This document shows, in pieces, positions 10,713 to 22,683 of a DNA stretch of 64,000 bases. Position numbers and translations under genes: made by a program. The stretch covers positions 434,001 to 498,000 of the forward strand of contig NW_024704742.1 in the NCBI RefSeq assembly GCF_018977255.1. The letters run 5' to 3'. The DNA comes from Callorhinchus milii. Taxonomy: Eukaryota. The notes beneath the pieces are model-generated. The model was not told the origin of the DNA. It worked only from the letters and a program-made list of their open reading frames with translations, and made no database searches. Positions within the stretch are counted from its first letter, which is position 1; each line of letters opens with the position of its first letter.

Positions 10713-13700
10713 GTACGTTCGGAGCGGTATGTGTCCGGCCGTTCCTTCTCACCGAGCGACCGGTTCCCGCGGCGCTCCCTTCGCTGCTTCACTGTCCCGC
10801 GTTTCAAGCTGCGCGGGCGGCCCCGATTCCGACTGAGCCAGGCAACAGCGTCCGAACGCAGCAGCTGTCCACTCTCCGAAGCTTCGTCCCTCGCATCGAT
10901 TGGGAGAAACGATCCACGACGCAGAAGCGCTCCTTCGTTTCCCGGCAGAGAAGTGGGAATAACACCGCTCCTGTAAATACATGTCCCGTTGATCTCCCCG
11001 TGAGCCACATTGGGACGGAACGGCTCGGCGTGCGAGTTGGGTGTGGAGTGGATCCCCGACCATGTTTCTCCCCTATCAGTCGCACGTGGGTGGATTTGCT
11101 GATGTGGCATCAGTTCCGGGCGATTAATTTGAGAGGATCGTGTATTTGAAGAAACCCGATCTGGATATCGTTTGACAACGGATTTTATTTCTGTACCGAG
11201 CGACTCTCTCGCTGGTTGAAACTCCGCTTGGTGTTCCCTCGTGTTGAGGGTGATGCTGTATTCTGTACCCGGGTGGGGGTCGGGGTCGGGGGGGGAGATG
11301 GCTTTATGTGGCACGGGATTGGCGTAACCTCAGAATTGACGATCAAACCCTGGCGTTTGATCCGACGCCTGATCACCTCGTCGAGACGTCTGAAAGCGCT
11401 TCACAGGAAACACTGTAAAGTGAATTGACTGGATTTTGTGGGTGAAACGTGTCAGCCGGTCGCGCACGGCAGTGTCCCCACAGTCTGCTGCCTTGCATGG
11501 TATAGTTTTCTGTTGCCTGCCTGGGTCCTGCTCCTGCAGGTTATTAGCAATCTTGGTCAATAAGTTTTCTCTGCAAGGTTGTGGGTTCAAGCCCCACGTT
11601 GGGACTTGGAATCCACGTGGTCCATACTGACACTCCACCGCAGGGCTCGGGATGTGCTGTATCGTTAAACCAAGGTCCTGCCTGTCTGCCTGTTCAGGTG
11701 GACTTTAATGATCCCCTCGGCACGATGAAAAGAGAAGGGAGTTTCTCTCTGCCGGTGTCCTGGCCAACAACCCCTCCCAAACAGAACTGATCACACACTC
11801 CATGGCTGTTCCAGCGCCTTGGGACGTCGTCCCGACATGAAAGGCGCTACGCAAATGTAATCTTGTTGTCGTCGTCGTATTTGTTGTTGTGTTGTTTGTG
11901 GAACACTGTTGTGTGCGAATTGGCTATCGCGTTCACCCACAAAATGCACGCAGTCACACCACTTCACAGTGGCCTGTGAAGCGCTTTGAGTCATCTCAAC
12001 AATGTGTTAAGGTTTGAATTCAAGGACTATCACACAGTAATTTGGTAGAATAATTTTCCTTTTAATAATGAATGACTCATCTCTCTTTTTAATAGGTCAC
12101 TTGGGTTTTGAAAATGCCGTTGAGTCTCCCTAATTGCTTTTAGCCTAGAATACTGATCTACTTATTATTATTATTAATACTGATCCAAGTTATTGTCACG
12201 GAAAGCTCTAGTCAAGTCCCCGTGTAAGCACGTCACAAAATGATGTACATTTTTTCCTTCATCCAGTTGTTTCTATTGGAGTTGGTGACTCTAGTCAGGA
12301 ACCTCCAAGAGAAACAACTAGACTGAAAAAAACCCTAAAGATTATAGTAATAAAGCTACTCTTAGTATCTGCGTGACTTTATTACTAAAATATTAGAGTC
12401 TGAGACAAAAATATTAAAACTGCATGCTCTGATTTTCCTCAGAAATTGGGGAACCTATTCTCTGTGCCTGGGCATGTGCTTTTCTTCCCCTGTAACCGGC
12501 CATATAATAATCCTTGCATTTGATATAGCACCTTGTTATCAGGTCTTCGAGACGTCTCAAAGCGCTTCACAGAATGTACTGTAAAGAGAATTGACTGTAT
12601 ATTGTATGAACATATGCTCTTCATTTTTCCACTACTGCCCTGTGCCTGTGTCACCCTTCCCCCATGCCCAACACCTTTCTTCTCCACACCCCCACCCCCC
12701 GATTGCCAGGGTAAGTCCTCCTCCCTCTTAATTTTACTTGGATTTTCTTTCTTTATTGTTATGCCATTTAGAATTGTGTATATTTTTGCAGGGCAATATC
12801 CAAAGTCGCAGTTTGTTGAAAATGCGAAACCGCTCCCGAACACTTCACTGCCTCCCAAGAAGGTGCCTCGAGAGTTTATTGATAAATGCCGTCGTGGTGA
12901 GATCAACCCTGTTTCAGCTTTGCATCAGTTCGCACAAATGCTGCGAATGCAACTCATTTTGAAAGAAACTATAGCGACAGGCGAGTGGAATTTATTTTCT
13001 CTGTCGTATATTTACCTCCTTAGAAACCCCTCTTTGTAATCCCGCCTTCGCCAAGTTCTGACACGTGCGGTAACCCACCACCGTGCTTAAGAGTATCCAA
13101 ACCAGACAGAGTTCCACATGTGAAATTTTCCCCGTGTCTGGAATGACACTCTCCCAAGAAAGATGCATTCTGCTTACCTAAGAGTATTAGATGCAGTTTG
13201 GCGAGAGCCGTGGTTTGGGAGCTCCAGAGTAGGTGTTTGGGTACTGGGGTTTAACCAGCTAAGGCTGCATAGCTTACCAGAGTGAGCGCTGTTTGGCAAG
13301 TTTCCTGCTTGCTTGTTCAGCTAAGACCACCCTACCCTTTAGGGCCTTGGCTTGCAATGTTAATGGGACCTGAGTGGAAAGAACCTCTGTCCCTAGTGAC
13401 TGATCTGCCCCTCTCAAGTCCTGCTGAAGAACCAGGCTCGTGGCTCTGTCATCGTTAGTGCCTTGGACCACTCTGGGCTCGCCTCGCAGAACAGATACAA
13501 ATAGATTATTTCTCTATTTTTCCAGGGAATGTTTTCGGACAGTATTTTGCCTTTTGTGCAGTGGTTGATGGCATTGAGTACAAAACTGGAATGGGTCAAA
13601 ATAAAAAAGAAGCAAAGGCAAATGCTGCACAGTTAGCTCTCGATGAATTGCTGGACACCGAACTGATCAAGACTCCAAGTAAGTCTTTTATTTTTTTAAA

Positions 13701-16700
13701 AAATAAAGTACTGGTTTAGTGATGAAGTACACTCCTTGCTCTCTGGCAGAATTTCTACTATTCTGTCATTAAAAACATAAACTACTCCTGTATAGGTTAA
13801 GCAGCAAGGAATCTAACTTCAAAATTAGGCTATGGTGAGCAAACAAGCATATTTTTGGGGGGATGGCAGTGCTTTTGGAATTTTTGGGGATCTCAATCCT
13901 ATCTCTGAAGAACTGAGGACATAATCTCTCTCTTGTCTACAAATCCCTTCACGCCCTGTCACCTCCCAATCTTTCAGACCCTTTGCCTCCGCTGCCTGGC
14001 TCTGGGCTCCTGCTCGTCCCGCTACACCATCGATGGACGTGCTTTCAGTTACTACACCCCAAATCTTTGGAACTCTCTCCCTCAATTCATCCGCCATGCC
14101 CCCTCCTTCCGCTCTTTTAGATCACGACTGATCCCCACCCCACCCCCACCCCCCCCCGGCTCAGCATCAGGTTGCGCCACCTTTAAGCGTTCAGACACTG
14201 CCGCACTTGGAGGGCGCTGTATAAGTAAGTTGTTGTTGCTGTTGGGATGCTTTTAAGATGATCATTTCATTGTTTCACATCAATATGTTGAACATTTAAT
14301 TTCAGTTATCGGTCCAACTCCGATCCCTGCTGAACGAAAGGTCGTTCCTGCACCAAGTCTCCCTTCAAGGAATCAACCTTCAAAGTTAGGCTATGGTGAG
14401 CAAGAAGATTTGGATTTGTTTGGCATCTCAACCCCATCTCTATGAAGAACTAAAGACATAACCCAGAAAATGGGGGGTGTAAACTCAGTAAATAATAATA
14501 ATCCTTGCATTTGATTGTACAGCCTTATCACATAAAGGCGTCTCAAAGCGCTTCACAAGTTTGTGAAGTGTAGTGAGTGCGTATTTGCGCACAGCACTGC
14601 CCCACAAAACAGCAATGAAGTGAATGACAAGTTTTATCGGGGACCTGTTGACCACAACACCAAAAGAAACTCCCTTCTCTTTCGAGTAGTGCAGATGCTT
14701 CCGATTCACGTCTCATCCTAAAATGAACCGTGTTAAATTTGTCTTGACAATTGCTACCACACAGTGTGACGACGATGATAATACTAATAATGCATCACAT
14801 TTAATGAGGTGCTTTTCATATCAGGAGAATGTCTGAAAGCACTTAAGAAAATACACTGAAGTGTAGTAACTATTTTGTGGGCGAACACGGCAGCCAATTT
14901 GCACACACCAACATACCGCAAACAGTCGTGGAGTGAATGGCTAGTTTTTATTACTGTTACTATAACCTGACTCTGAGACGAGAATGCTACCAACTGAGCT
15001 CGGCTGACGCACAGCTCATCATTTGGTCAGGTTTTTCCTTCTGGACTTTAGTTACTATAACCTTGTGTTATGTTTGCCCATTTAGCAACACTGTGGATGA
15101 ATTCGTTGATAAATAGCCATTTCTCCTTTTTAAATGTTTTGTTTTTTTTTCTTGTAGAAGGAAGGAATTCTTATTACATGGCGATTTCTGTTGCCTGTAA
15201 GGAGGTGTTCAGCAAGCTGACTGCTAACCACCAGGAACACCAAAATTGTGGGAATTCCCTGGCTGCTTTTGTAGTTGAAAAATGTGAGTAGAAAATTGCG
15301 AAAACTACATTTTTAAGATCAATGTGATCATTCAGTTATATAATGTTCTGCTCATTACTGGTAAATAAGGAGAAATCTTAGCCCTGCAATTTTCCTATAT
15401 ATTTACAAAAAAAGTTTGTATTTTCTCAAGCAAAGGAATTAGCGAAATCACTGCAATAGATTTGTGTTCTGCATCACGTATGGTGCAGTCGTCGATAGCT
15501 TCTGGCCGATAGTGGAGGCCAATTGCTCTTTACTCATTTTGCCTCAAGTGCTTTAGAAAATCAGGCTTTAAATTGCCAGGAAAATTCAAGCGACCATTTA
15601 AAATGTTTGTTTTAGTTGGACAGCCCTGTGAAGTTGTTGCAGTTGGAACTGGGGAGATAAGTTACAATGGCCCTTCTTATCCCGAAGGCCGAATAGTGCA
15701 CGATTCCCACGCTGTGGTGACTGCGAGGCGCTCACTGTTGAGGTAAAGTGTCTTCTACATTAGCAAACCAGATGAGTTTTAATGAAAAGTGTAAAAGCTG
15801 CAGTTTTTCATTTTAACGACCAGCTACAAACATTTCCAAATGTACTTTTGACTCGGTTGTTATCCATATCCCCGTACCCTGGGCCGATATAAAAGTGCGG
15901 CTGCAGTTTTGTCAAGGAAGCAAACACCAGAATCCGCGACAAACCTGCAAAAAAAAAATGAAGCTTCCTCAGCGCCCGGGCCTCTCGTGCTGCTGCCGGC
16001 TGTTTACTCCACGCACCCACTGGGATGAGTGGCTCCTCCAGACGCTCATGCCTGGTGCGCAATTTTCGGCAAACATTACCGCAATTTCCCATTGACCCCG
16101 GCCATAGCTAAGGTAGATTTCTATAACTGGAAAATCTTCCGTTATGTATTGTACCAAAGGTCCTGTTCTCAATTTGTCGCCTGCTTGCTTTGCCCACCAA
16201 CAGTGGGGGCTTGTGCTCTTGTTGGCATTGAAATTTACCAACTGTTTTGGAAGATGCCTGCTGTGCAGCGTTTCAAGCTGCGGTTCATTACTTGGGGAAA
16301 ATAAGTTATAATCTTATAATAATCATGATCTCTGTCCGGCAAGGTGTCTGGCCGAGGTAGGTGGAGTGTCAGCTTTACTATCGCTGGCGGGCGGGCACAG
16401 CACATGTGCTCTGAAGACCCACGTAACCATCTCTGAGCTGCGTTACTCTTCTACAAGACTTTGGAACCATAGAAACAACGTTAACGGGTTGTTTCATATG
16501 GTTTCTGATCTGGCATTACTTAATATGATTCCTAATGTGCAGACCAGTCTGCCAGCAATTGATGCTTGTATTTTTTAATGAGGAGTAATGGTGTCTATGC
16601 AGTTAATCCACTTTACAATATGTTGATATCAAATGTAAGAATTATTATTATATATCTGATGTGCACTTTTATACTTTCCAGGTATCTTTACAGACACCTT

Positions 16701-19035
16701 CTTATGTTTTATAACAAAAATCCTGAAGTGGTGAAGCAGTCTATTTTTTGCACCAACTCTGAAGGAAAAGTTCTTACCCTCAAGGATCGGACTAACTTTC
16801 ACCTTTATCTGAATCAACTACCAAAAGGTGCTGCTCAGATCAAACGGCTGTAAGTGGGAGTAATTCTAGGCTTTGTGTATGATACATGATGTGAAAGGAT
16901 TATTTAACTCTGGCATTAGTCCCATAACATTGTTTGGATGAGACAGCAAACCAAGGTCTCTCTGCTTTTTGAGATGCACATTAAAAACAATTACAAAATA
17001 GTCTTAACATGCTGCTATCTGAAAAGAGAAGCGAGTTTCTCGCAGTGTTACTGGTCAATAATCCCCCAGATTTATTAAAAAAAGTCATTCCTGTTAGTAG
17101 GACGTTGTGTCACCAAAAATAGTTGCTACACTTTAGAGAAAACTTTATGAAATGCTTTGAGATGTTTCGACCCAAACCCTTGATTCCTCATTAGAAATTA
17201 AATATTTTACAGTTCAGTGTTTTTGATTTAACAAAACTGTTTCCCACTGTGATAAAATAAATCAAACGTAGAATCAAGTTGCTTTAACACCGAATGTCTT
17301 TCTTTACACAGACATCTGGCCCCTCACTCAATATCTGCGTTTCACACAAATAAAGAAATGGAGCTTCATATTGTTTTGGATGGCAACGTGTACTCCGTTA
17401 GCCACTGTAGTTCTGAAGTAACTGCAACCAGAGTATGTAGTATGTCTGCCAGTGACAAACTCACCCGTTGGGAAGTACTTGGAGTCCAAGGTGCTCTTCT
17501 CAGTCATTTCATTGAACCCATCTACATCAGCAGCATCCTGATTGGTATGTGATCTAATATCTCAAGCTGTGGAAAAAAAATCATTATGTTCCCAAATATT
17601 TTATCAAACAGCCACTTGTATTTACAATAGCAGCTTTCTTGTGGAATAATGGCGACATAGAGGGTAGATCTTAAAACTAAATACTCTGCCAGGACTGTAC
17701 CTTTCAGTCTGGACTGAATGGAAATAGGAGAGGCTGTCTAATGGCGGTTTGTGATGATTGATGATTTGTGATGATTGATGATTTGTGATGATTGATGATT
17801 TGTGATGATTGATGATTTGTGATGATTGATGATTTGTGATGCTCGTTCAACACATGATTGCACTCTGGCCAATATACAACTTACAGATCTGCTCTTATCA
17901 TGTGTTTTACTTAAATATTTGTATTGAAAAATGGAATTTAAAAATACCCATTCAAAAACTTGCAAAATCACTTTGTAACTTTCATTTGATCTTCTAGGTG
18001 ATGTAAATTGCATTGACACACGAGGAATGGATATAGCGATTAAACAGCGTGTAGATGACTCACTAACTTCAAAGCTCCCTAACTTGTACATTGTCAACAA
18101 ACCTCATATTTGCCTGACAGAAGTTGCGTATCCCTCACAGGCAAATACGGTCAATAAAATGCTCAGTCTGAATTGGTCTCAGTCAGATGGTTTATTAGAA
18201 ATTGTGAATGGTGTGACTGGAAAGATTGCTGAAAGGTAAGGTGCTCTCAACATGTAATATTGTCTCACTTACCGTTGTCTTTGTATTCCATCTATTTATC
18301 CTACAATATCACTCCATTCAGAATGTGAGAATCTTCACAAGCTATCAACTGTTGACCTATTCACATCAAAATTCTGCGTAACTTCTGGACTTTGTATTCT
18401 GCTGATCATTAAATACAGTAGTTGTGGTGGATAAGTGTCCATAATGAAGTATTTTAACCTCTAGCTACACCGACCTTTATTATAATAGCAAATAATGATT
18501 CTTACGTTTGTATTAGAAGGAAATTATATAAATCCTGGGACCTGATAATTAAGACCCTTTATCACTGATACTGAAGCTATTTAATCCCTTTGCTCAGCCT
18601 TTCGGTCTTTCAGTATTGTAATTCTAAACAGATGTGTGGATGAAGTCATTATTATCCATTTCAAAAAAGCGATTTGTTTTTTGCTTTACAGTTCACCATT
18701 TAAAAGTGGCGCCTCCATGACTAGTCGTTTATGCAAAGCTGCCATGCTGAGTCGCTTCTATCTTGTTGCTAAAGAAGCGAATCGAGAAGATTTGTCCACA
18801 GTTGCAACGTATCATGTAGCAAAGGTAAAGCTCACTTCCTGCTTAACTCTACACTGAAAATGCTGCCCAATTAAAATGTCTAATCAGTTTTTAAAATGCA
18901 ATTTGTTTTCATTCCTTCCAGATGATGGCAAAATCGTATCAAGAAGGAAAAACATTGCTGAAATCATCCTTGGAACAGCATGGATTTGGTATTTGGCTAG
19001 TAAAGAATCCAAATGATGAACAGTTCCATATGTGA
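10538..19035 (+). CDS. ADAD1: ADAD1/TENR (adenosine deaminase domain-containing 1; dsRBD plus inactive ADAR-type deaminase), 11 coding exons, 581 aa
   Basis: Exons 10538-10712, 12792-12980, 13526-13678, 14306-14395, 15158-15283, 15616-15742, 16682-16849, 17312-17544, 17998-18235, 18692-18824 and 18922-19035 sum to 1746 nt in frame. Motifs [70 protein letters not shown] and SRLCKAAM match ADAD1. It lies directly downstream of KIAA1109 as in other vertebrates. Confidence 0.95.
11575..12005 (+). mobile_element. Deu-domain SINE with inserted L2-type tail
   Basis: ggttgtgggttcaagcccc head; cgttaaaccaaggtcctgcctg...cctgttcaggtggac...gtgtcctggccaaca core. Confidence 0.65.
12792..12980 (+). CDS. ADAD1: ADAD1 coding exon 2 (dsRBD start; GC donor)
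   Basis: ttgcag acceptor; AG|gcgagt donor required to keep frame. Confidence 0.9.
13050..13490 (+). repeat. Unclassified interspersed repeat (related copies at 25885-26520 +, 48630-48870 +, 57830-57905 -)
   Basis: Shared motifs ccg(t/c)gcttaagagtatccaaac, gagagcc...ggg.actcca.ag, ttaaccagct, gactg.tctgcc...aagtcctgc. Confidence 0.75.
13526..13678 (+). CDS. ADAD1: ADAD1 coding exon 3 ([15 protein letters not shown]...[10 protein letters not shown])
   Basis: ttccag / gtaagt; manual translation. Confidence 0.92.
13930..14245 (+). mobile_element. L2 LINE 3' fragment
   Basis: [19 protein letters not shown] motif; tail gagggcgctgtataagtaagttgttg. Confidence 0.75.
14306..14395 (+). CDS. ADAD1: ADAD1 coding exon 4 (IGPTPIPAE...KLGY)
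   Basis: tttcag / gtgagc; 90 nt, phase 1-1; corresponds to the mammalian GPPPFPAEP linker. Confidence 0.8.
15158..15283 (+). CDS. ADAD1: ADAD1 coding exon 5 (GRNSYY...SLAAFVVEK)
   Basis: ttgtag / gtgagt. Confidence 0.9.
15616..15742 (+). CDS. ADAD1: ADAD1 coding exon 6 (EVVAVGTG...[14 protein letters not shown])
   Basis: ttttag / gtaaag; manual translation. Confidence 0.92.
16682..16849 (+). CDS. ADAD1: ADAD1 coding exon 7 ([10 protein letters not shown]...[10 protein letters not shown])
   Basis: ttccag / gtaagt. Confidence 0.92.
17312..17544 (+). CDS. ADAD1: ADAD1 coding exon 8 (...[35 protein letters not shown])
   Basis: acacag / gtatgt. Confidence 0.92.
17748..17841. repeat. 17-bp minisatellite (TTTGTGATGATTGATGA) x ~5.5 in ADAD1 intron
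   Basis: Perfect tandem copies visible. Confidence 0.92.
17998..18235 (+). CDS. ADAD1: ADAD1 coding exon 9 (DVNCIDTRG...SLNWSQ...GKIAE)
   Basis: ttctag / gtaagg. Confidence 0.92.
18692..18824 (+). CDS. ADAD1: ADAD1 coding exon 10 ([18 protein letters not shown]...TYHVAK)
   Basis: ttacag / gtaaag. Confidence 0.92.
18922..19035 (+). CDS. ADAD1: ADAD1 terminal coding exon ([10 protein letters not shown]...[19 protein letters not shown])
   Basis: ttccag acceptor; TGA at 19033-19035. Confidence 0.92.
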   Translation: MMAKSYQEGKTLLKSSLEQHGFGIWLVKNPNDEQFHM

Positions 19036-19713
19036 AGACCAGGATTGTTTGTTTCAAATCCTGGTTTCTCTCTGTTCATCTGCAAAAGAAAATGGCCTTC
19101 AACAGAAGTAGTTTAAAAAAAAGGAACAGAAAGAAGCTTGAGGGTGTCAGCTCTGGAGTGTTCCTACCTAGAACTATTAGTAGCTAAATCATTCCTTTTT
19201 TTTTCTAGGATTTTTTTTAATATACACAAAGCATGGCACGTTAGTGTTCAGTGAACAAATTATAAAGAACTTTCTGAAAACATTACTCATTATTACTTGC
19301 TGTAAAATACTACAGAAGTAAAATAGTAATGACTAGATAGGTTCCAAGTATTGAGTGCCAGCCAACTTACTTATTGGATCTTCGAAATGTGTTCTTGTAC
19401 ATATTGTATGTAGTTTAGTAGTGCAGTCTTGCATTATTACAGGATTTACCAGCAGTGCTGCAGAGTATGCCTTAAGGGATTGATAACTGAAGATTCCAAA
19501 CATTTGTGTGTCTTTCATAAGAAATCAACAATTGCCTTGTGCACACTAAATATTACCGCACCTGAAAGTGAGTACGTGTATTGTGGTTTGTCTACATGCT
19601 TTGACACGGGAGATTTGAATCTTGCATCAGAGGCTAATTTTTTTTTCATGACCTAACAAGTGGTGTACTTGTTGCCTCGAGGACCAGAATGCACCTTCAT
19701 TCGTTTACTGGAA

Positions 19714-19719
19714 AATAAA
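19714..19719 (+). terminator. Probable ADAD1 polyadenylation signal
   Basis: AATAAA ~680 nt after the stop, followed by GT-rich sequence. Confidence 0.5.
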
Positions 19720-20649
19720 TGTATGGTTTGGTGTGTTCAAAAGGCGACTTCTCAAGCGACAGATTGTAGCCCACTAGCCACATCTTGGCTATGTCGAAAA
19801 GCCCAATCTCTACTTGACATCACCTGAAAGTAGCACAATTTGGTGAGATGGTAATGTATGGAATAAGATGTGTAAACTTGTGTTCTACTGCTGCATAGAG
19901 CAGCACATTTGAGCACCAAAAGTCTTCTTCCCCTCTTAAATATAACCAGTCCCTTTTTTTCTCTCTCTCCTCTGCACAGAAAGAGAATTGGATCAATCTT
20001 ATAAAACATATCCAGGGTTTTTTTTTAAGGTGCTGAAGCTGCTCTCACCAACAATTTGTATTTCAAGGCAAAAACAACCCATTAGTAAACCCTCGGTTTA
20101 ATGTCTCATTAGTAAGCCAAGTGAAATTTCGCAGATAAGGCAAGAGTCTTAATGTGACAATCCAGAATGTCAGCCATGTGTTTGTGTACCACTGAAGTGA
20201 AGGATTCAGAAAATCAACTCTCTAGATTTCAATACTCCAGCCTCCTCATGATTTAGCTTTCTTTGGTTACATTGAAAGAAAAGTTTGCATTTAAAGGAGT
20301 ACGAAAAAGAAGACTCTCAAAAGTACTTTTCTGATGCTCGTGACAACAGCCTGTAAGGTCTTGGCTGTAACTGGTTTGAGACCCCATTCTGCTGAGTTCC
20401 TGGGATCAGCTGCAGGGCCTGTAAAGGGAAAGGTACACTGGAAACTGGAAGAGTTCTCTCAAACGAAAGAAAAAAATTGAAATCTCCCAAATTGACTGCC
20501 GTTGGGTTCTTCCATGACAGCCAGTCAAAGGTAGTGAATGTTGACATCAGCGTGGAAGCAGGCATCTGCCAAATGTTCTTCAATGCAGAGTTGCATGGTT
20601 TGTGAAAGAAATTAGGAAGGAAGAGGTATTTGAACTGGTATAAGCAAGG

Positions 20650-20972
20650 CAATAATAATAATAATGATAATCCTTGCATTTGATACAGTGCTTTTTACGT
20701 CTTCTCGACGTCTCAAAGCGCTTCACAGAATAGACTGTAAAGTGAATTGACTGTATATTTGTGGGTGAAACGCGGCAGCCAATTGCGCACAGCAGCGTCC
20801 CCACAAACAGTCGTGGATTGAGAATGACCAATTTATTATTGTTTTGTTTTGGAGGGATTATTATTAGATGTGTGGAGTAAGAAAACTTGCCCAAGGTCTC
20901 GCCCTGACCTGCCTGGAATTGAACCCAGGTGTCTCGCTTGCAAGGCAAGTGCTCTAACCCCTGAGCTACAGG
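20650..20972 (-). mobile_element. Full-length tRNA-derived SINE (short subfamily)
   Basis: Reverse complement of the 9355-type element, with head, body and tail. Confidence 0.88.
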
Positions 20973-21489
20973 GATAACTTCACAACCATATCATAAACTT
21001 GTTCTGTGTGATAATTAACGCAACGGACATGTCCAAAAATAAATGGCAAATTTCTTGCTGTTTCCTAATTAAAGTTAGTGACTGTACCATCGCCTCACGT
21101 ATGTTAATCCCATCTGCCATTGTTTGCTCTCTCCTTATCTGCTCAAATGTGCCATTCCAGAGTGTCTTGTCACTGCAAGAGAAGAGACTGACTTCATTCA
21201 GTTGATTTCTTTTTCTACAATGTTGAAATTTCAATTTTTTAGTGTTAAAATAGTTTAAAATTGGTACCGAGTTACTCTGCTCTCCCATGGCCCAGCACAA
21301 TCTTCAACACTATTTTAATGTTGGCACTCGATATTTCAATACTTTTAGAAGAGGAAAACTGCTGAATCAATTCTCGTACACTGACAATCTAACTCTGGAG
21401 CAGCAGATTCAAGCAGGGCAGAAGGAAAGAAGCGTTAAACATGGTAGCTGGGGGTGTGGAGAGATGGAAGATCTAATCTTAATTAATAA

Positions 21490-21720
21490 TTAAAAGCTCT
21501 TCACAGGATATCCTGTTCAGTGGATTCACTGTATTTTGTGGATGAAACACAGCAGCCAATGTCGCACAAACAGCTGTGAAGCGAGTGACCAATTTTATTT
21601 GGAGTTTTGTTGGCCAGGACACCGTGAGAAACTTCCTTCTCTTTTCGAATAGTGCCATTGGATCTTGAACATCCACCTGAACAGGCAGACGGGACCTCGG
21701 TTTAATGTCTCATCTGAAGT
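21490..21720 (-). mobile_element. Deu-domain SINE fragment
   Basis: ttggccaggacacc...ttcgaatagtgccat.ggatc...cacctgaacaggcagacgggacctcggtttaatgtctcatctgaag. Confidence 0.75.
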
Positions 21721-22329
21721 ATTCCGCAGTATTCGAAAAGAAGGGAATTTCTCCTGTTTTTTGGGGGGTAGTGTTTCCTCAAATTCTCGGTTGTTAATGG
21801 AACATCGGTGGGTGCAAATTGACTGCCGCGTTCACTTACAAAATACAGTCAGTTCACGTTTCAGTATACCCTGTGAAGTACTTTGTGACCTTCTGACATG
21901 GAAGCCAGGATATCAATGTATTATCATTTATTATTTAAGGAGTTCTGTGTAGGCTCTGTTGTGTAACAAACTCCTTGTGGAACATGTTATAAAATGTACT
22001 GCACATGAGCTACCTCACCCTAGTTTGACAGGCATGGTAATGACACGTCTGTGATAGGCATGACAATACATCCGGTGTAGAGCTCGAGTGTTTGACACCC
22101 CAACGTCAGATCTGAAATTGACCTAATCACATTCATCAGCTGTCAGTTCGATGCCTCAATGAGCAAAGACACACTCAGCCAATAATCAGGATAATCTGTT
22201 GTTGAATATGGTCCTGCCTACAAATTGGTAATAAGAGTTTGCATTTTTATAGGATTTTATCACTTTGAAATTGATGATTATTTAGTGACTTTTTCTGGGC
22301 AAACTCAGTAACCATCTGCACCATTGCAG

Positions 22330-22683
22330 GCCCCTGTAGCACAGTGGTTAGCTGCTTTCCTCGCAAGCGAGAGGACCCGGGTTAGATTCCCGGCAGGGTG
22401 AAACCTTACGCAAGTTTCCTTACTCTCCCTGCCACTGTTTACGTAGCAGTAAGTAGGAAAGTTATTAGTTGACTGGTGGATCGTTTTTTTTTGCAGGTAA
22501 TAATCCCTTTGGTTGTTCAAACCACAACTGTTTGTAAGACACTGCTGTGTGTAATTGGCTGCCGCAGTTGGTTTCGCCCACAAAACATACAGTCAATTCA
22601 CTTTGCAGTATATTCTGTGAAGCGCTCTGAGATGTCTCGACAATGTGATAAGGCGCTGTATCAAATGCAAGGATTATTATTGT
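22330..22683 (+). mobile_element. tRNA-derived SINE (long subfamily)
   Basis: Head cctgtagcacagtggttag; internal gcagtaagtaggaa...gttagt segment; tail. Confidence 0.85.

Noticed and set aside
9937..11149. Long ORFs of 108-371 aa rich in Pro/His/Thr or Gly/Val/Trp
   Set aside because: Products of the C/A low-complexity tract and CpG island; only 10538-10712 is a real (ADAD1) exon.
17748..17841. Regular short repeats as a possible CRISPR array
   Set aside because: Head-to-tail minisatellite with no spacers, in a vertebrate intron.
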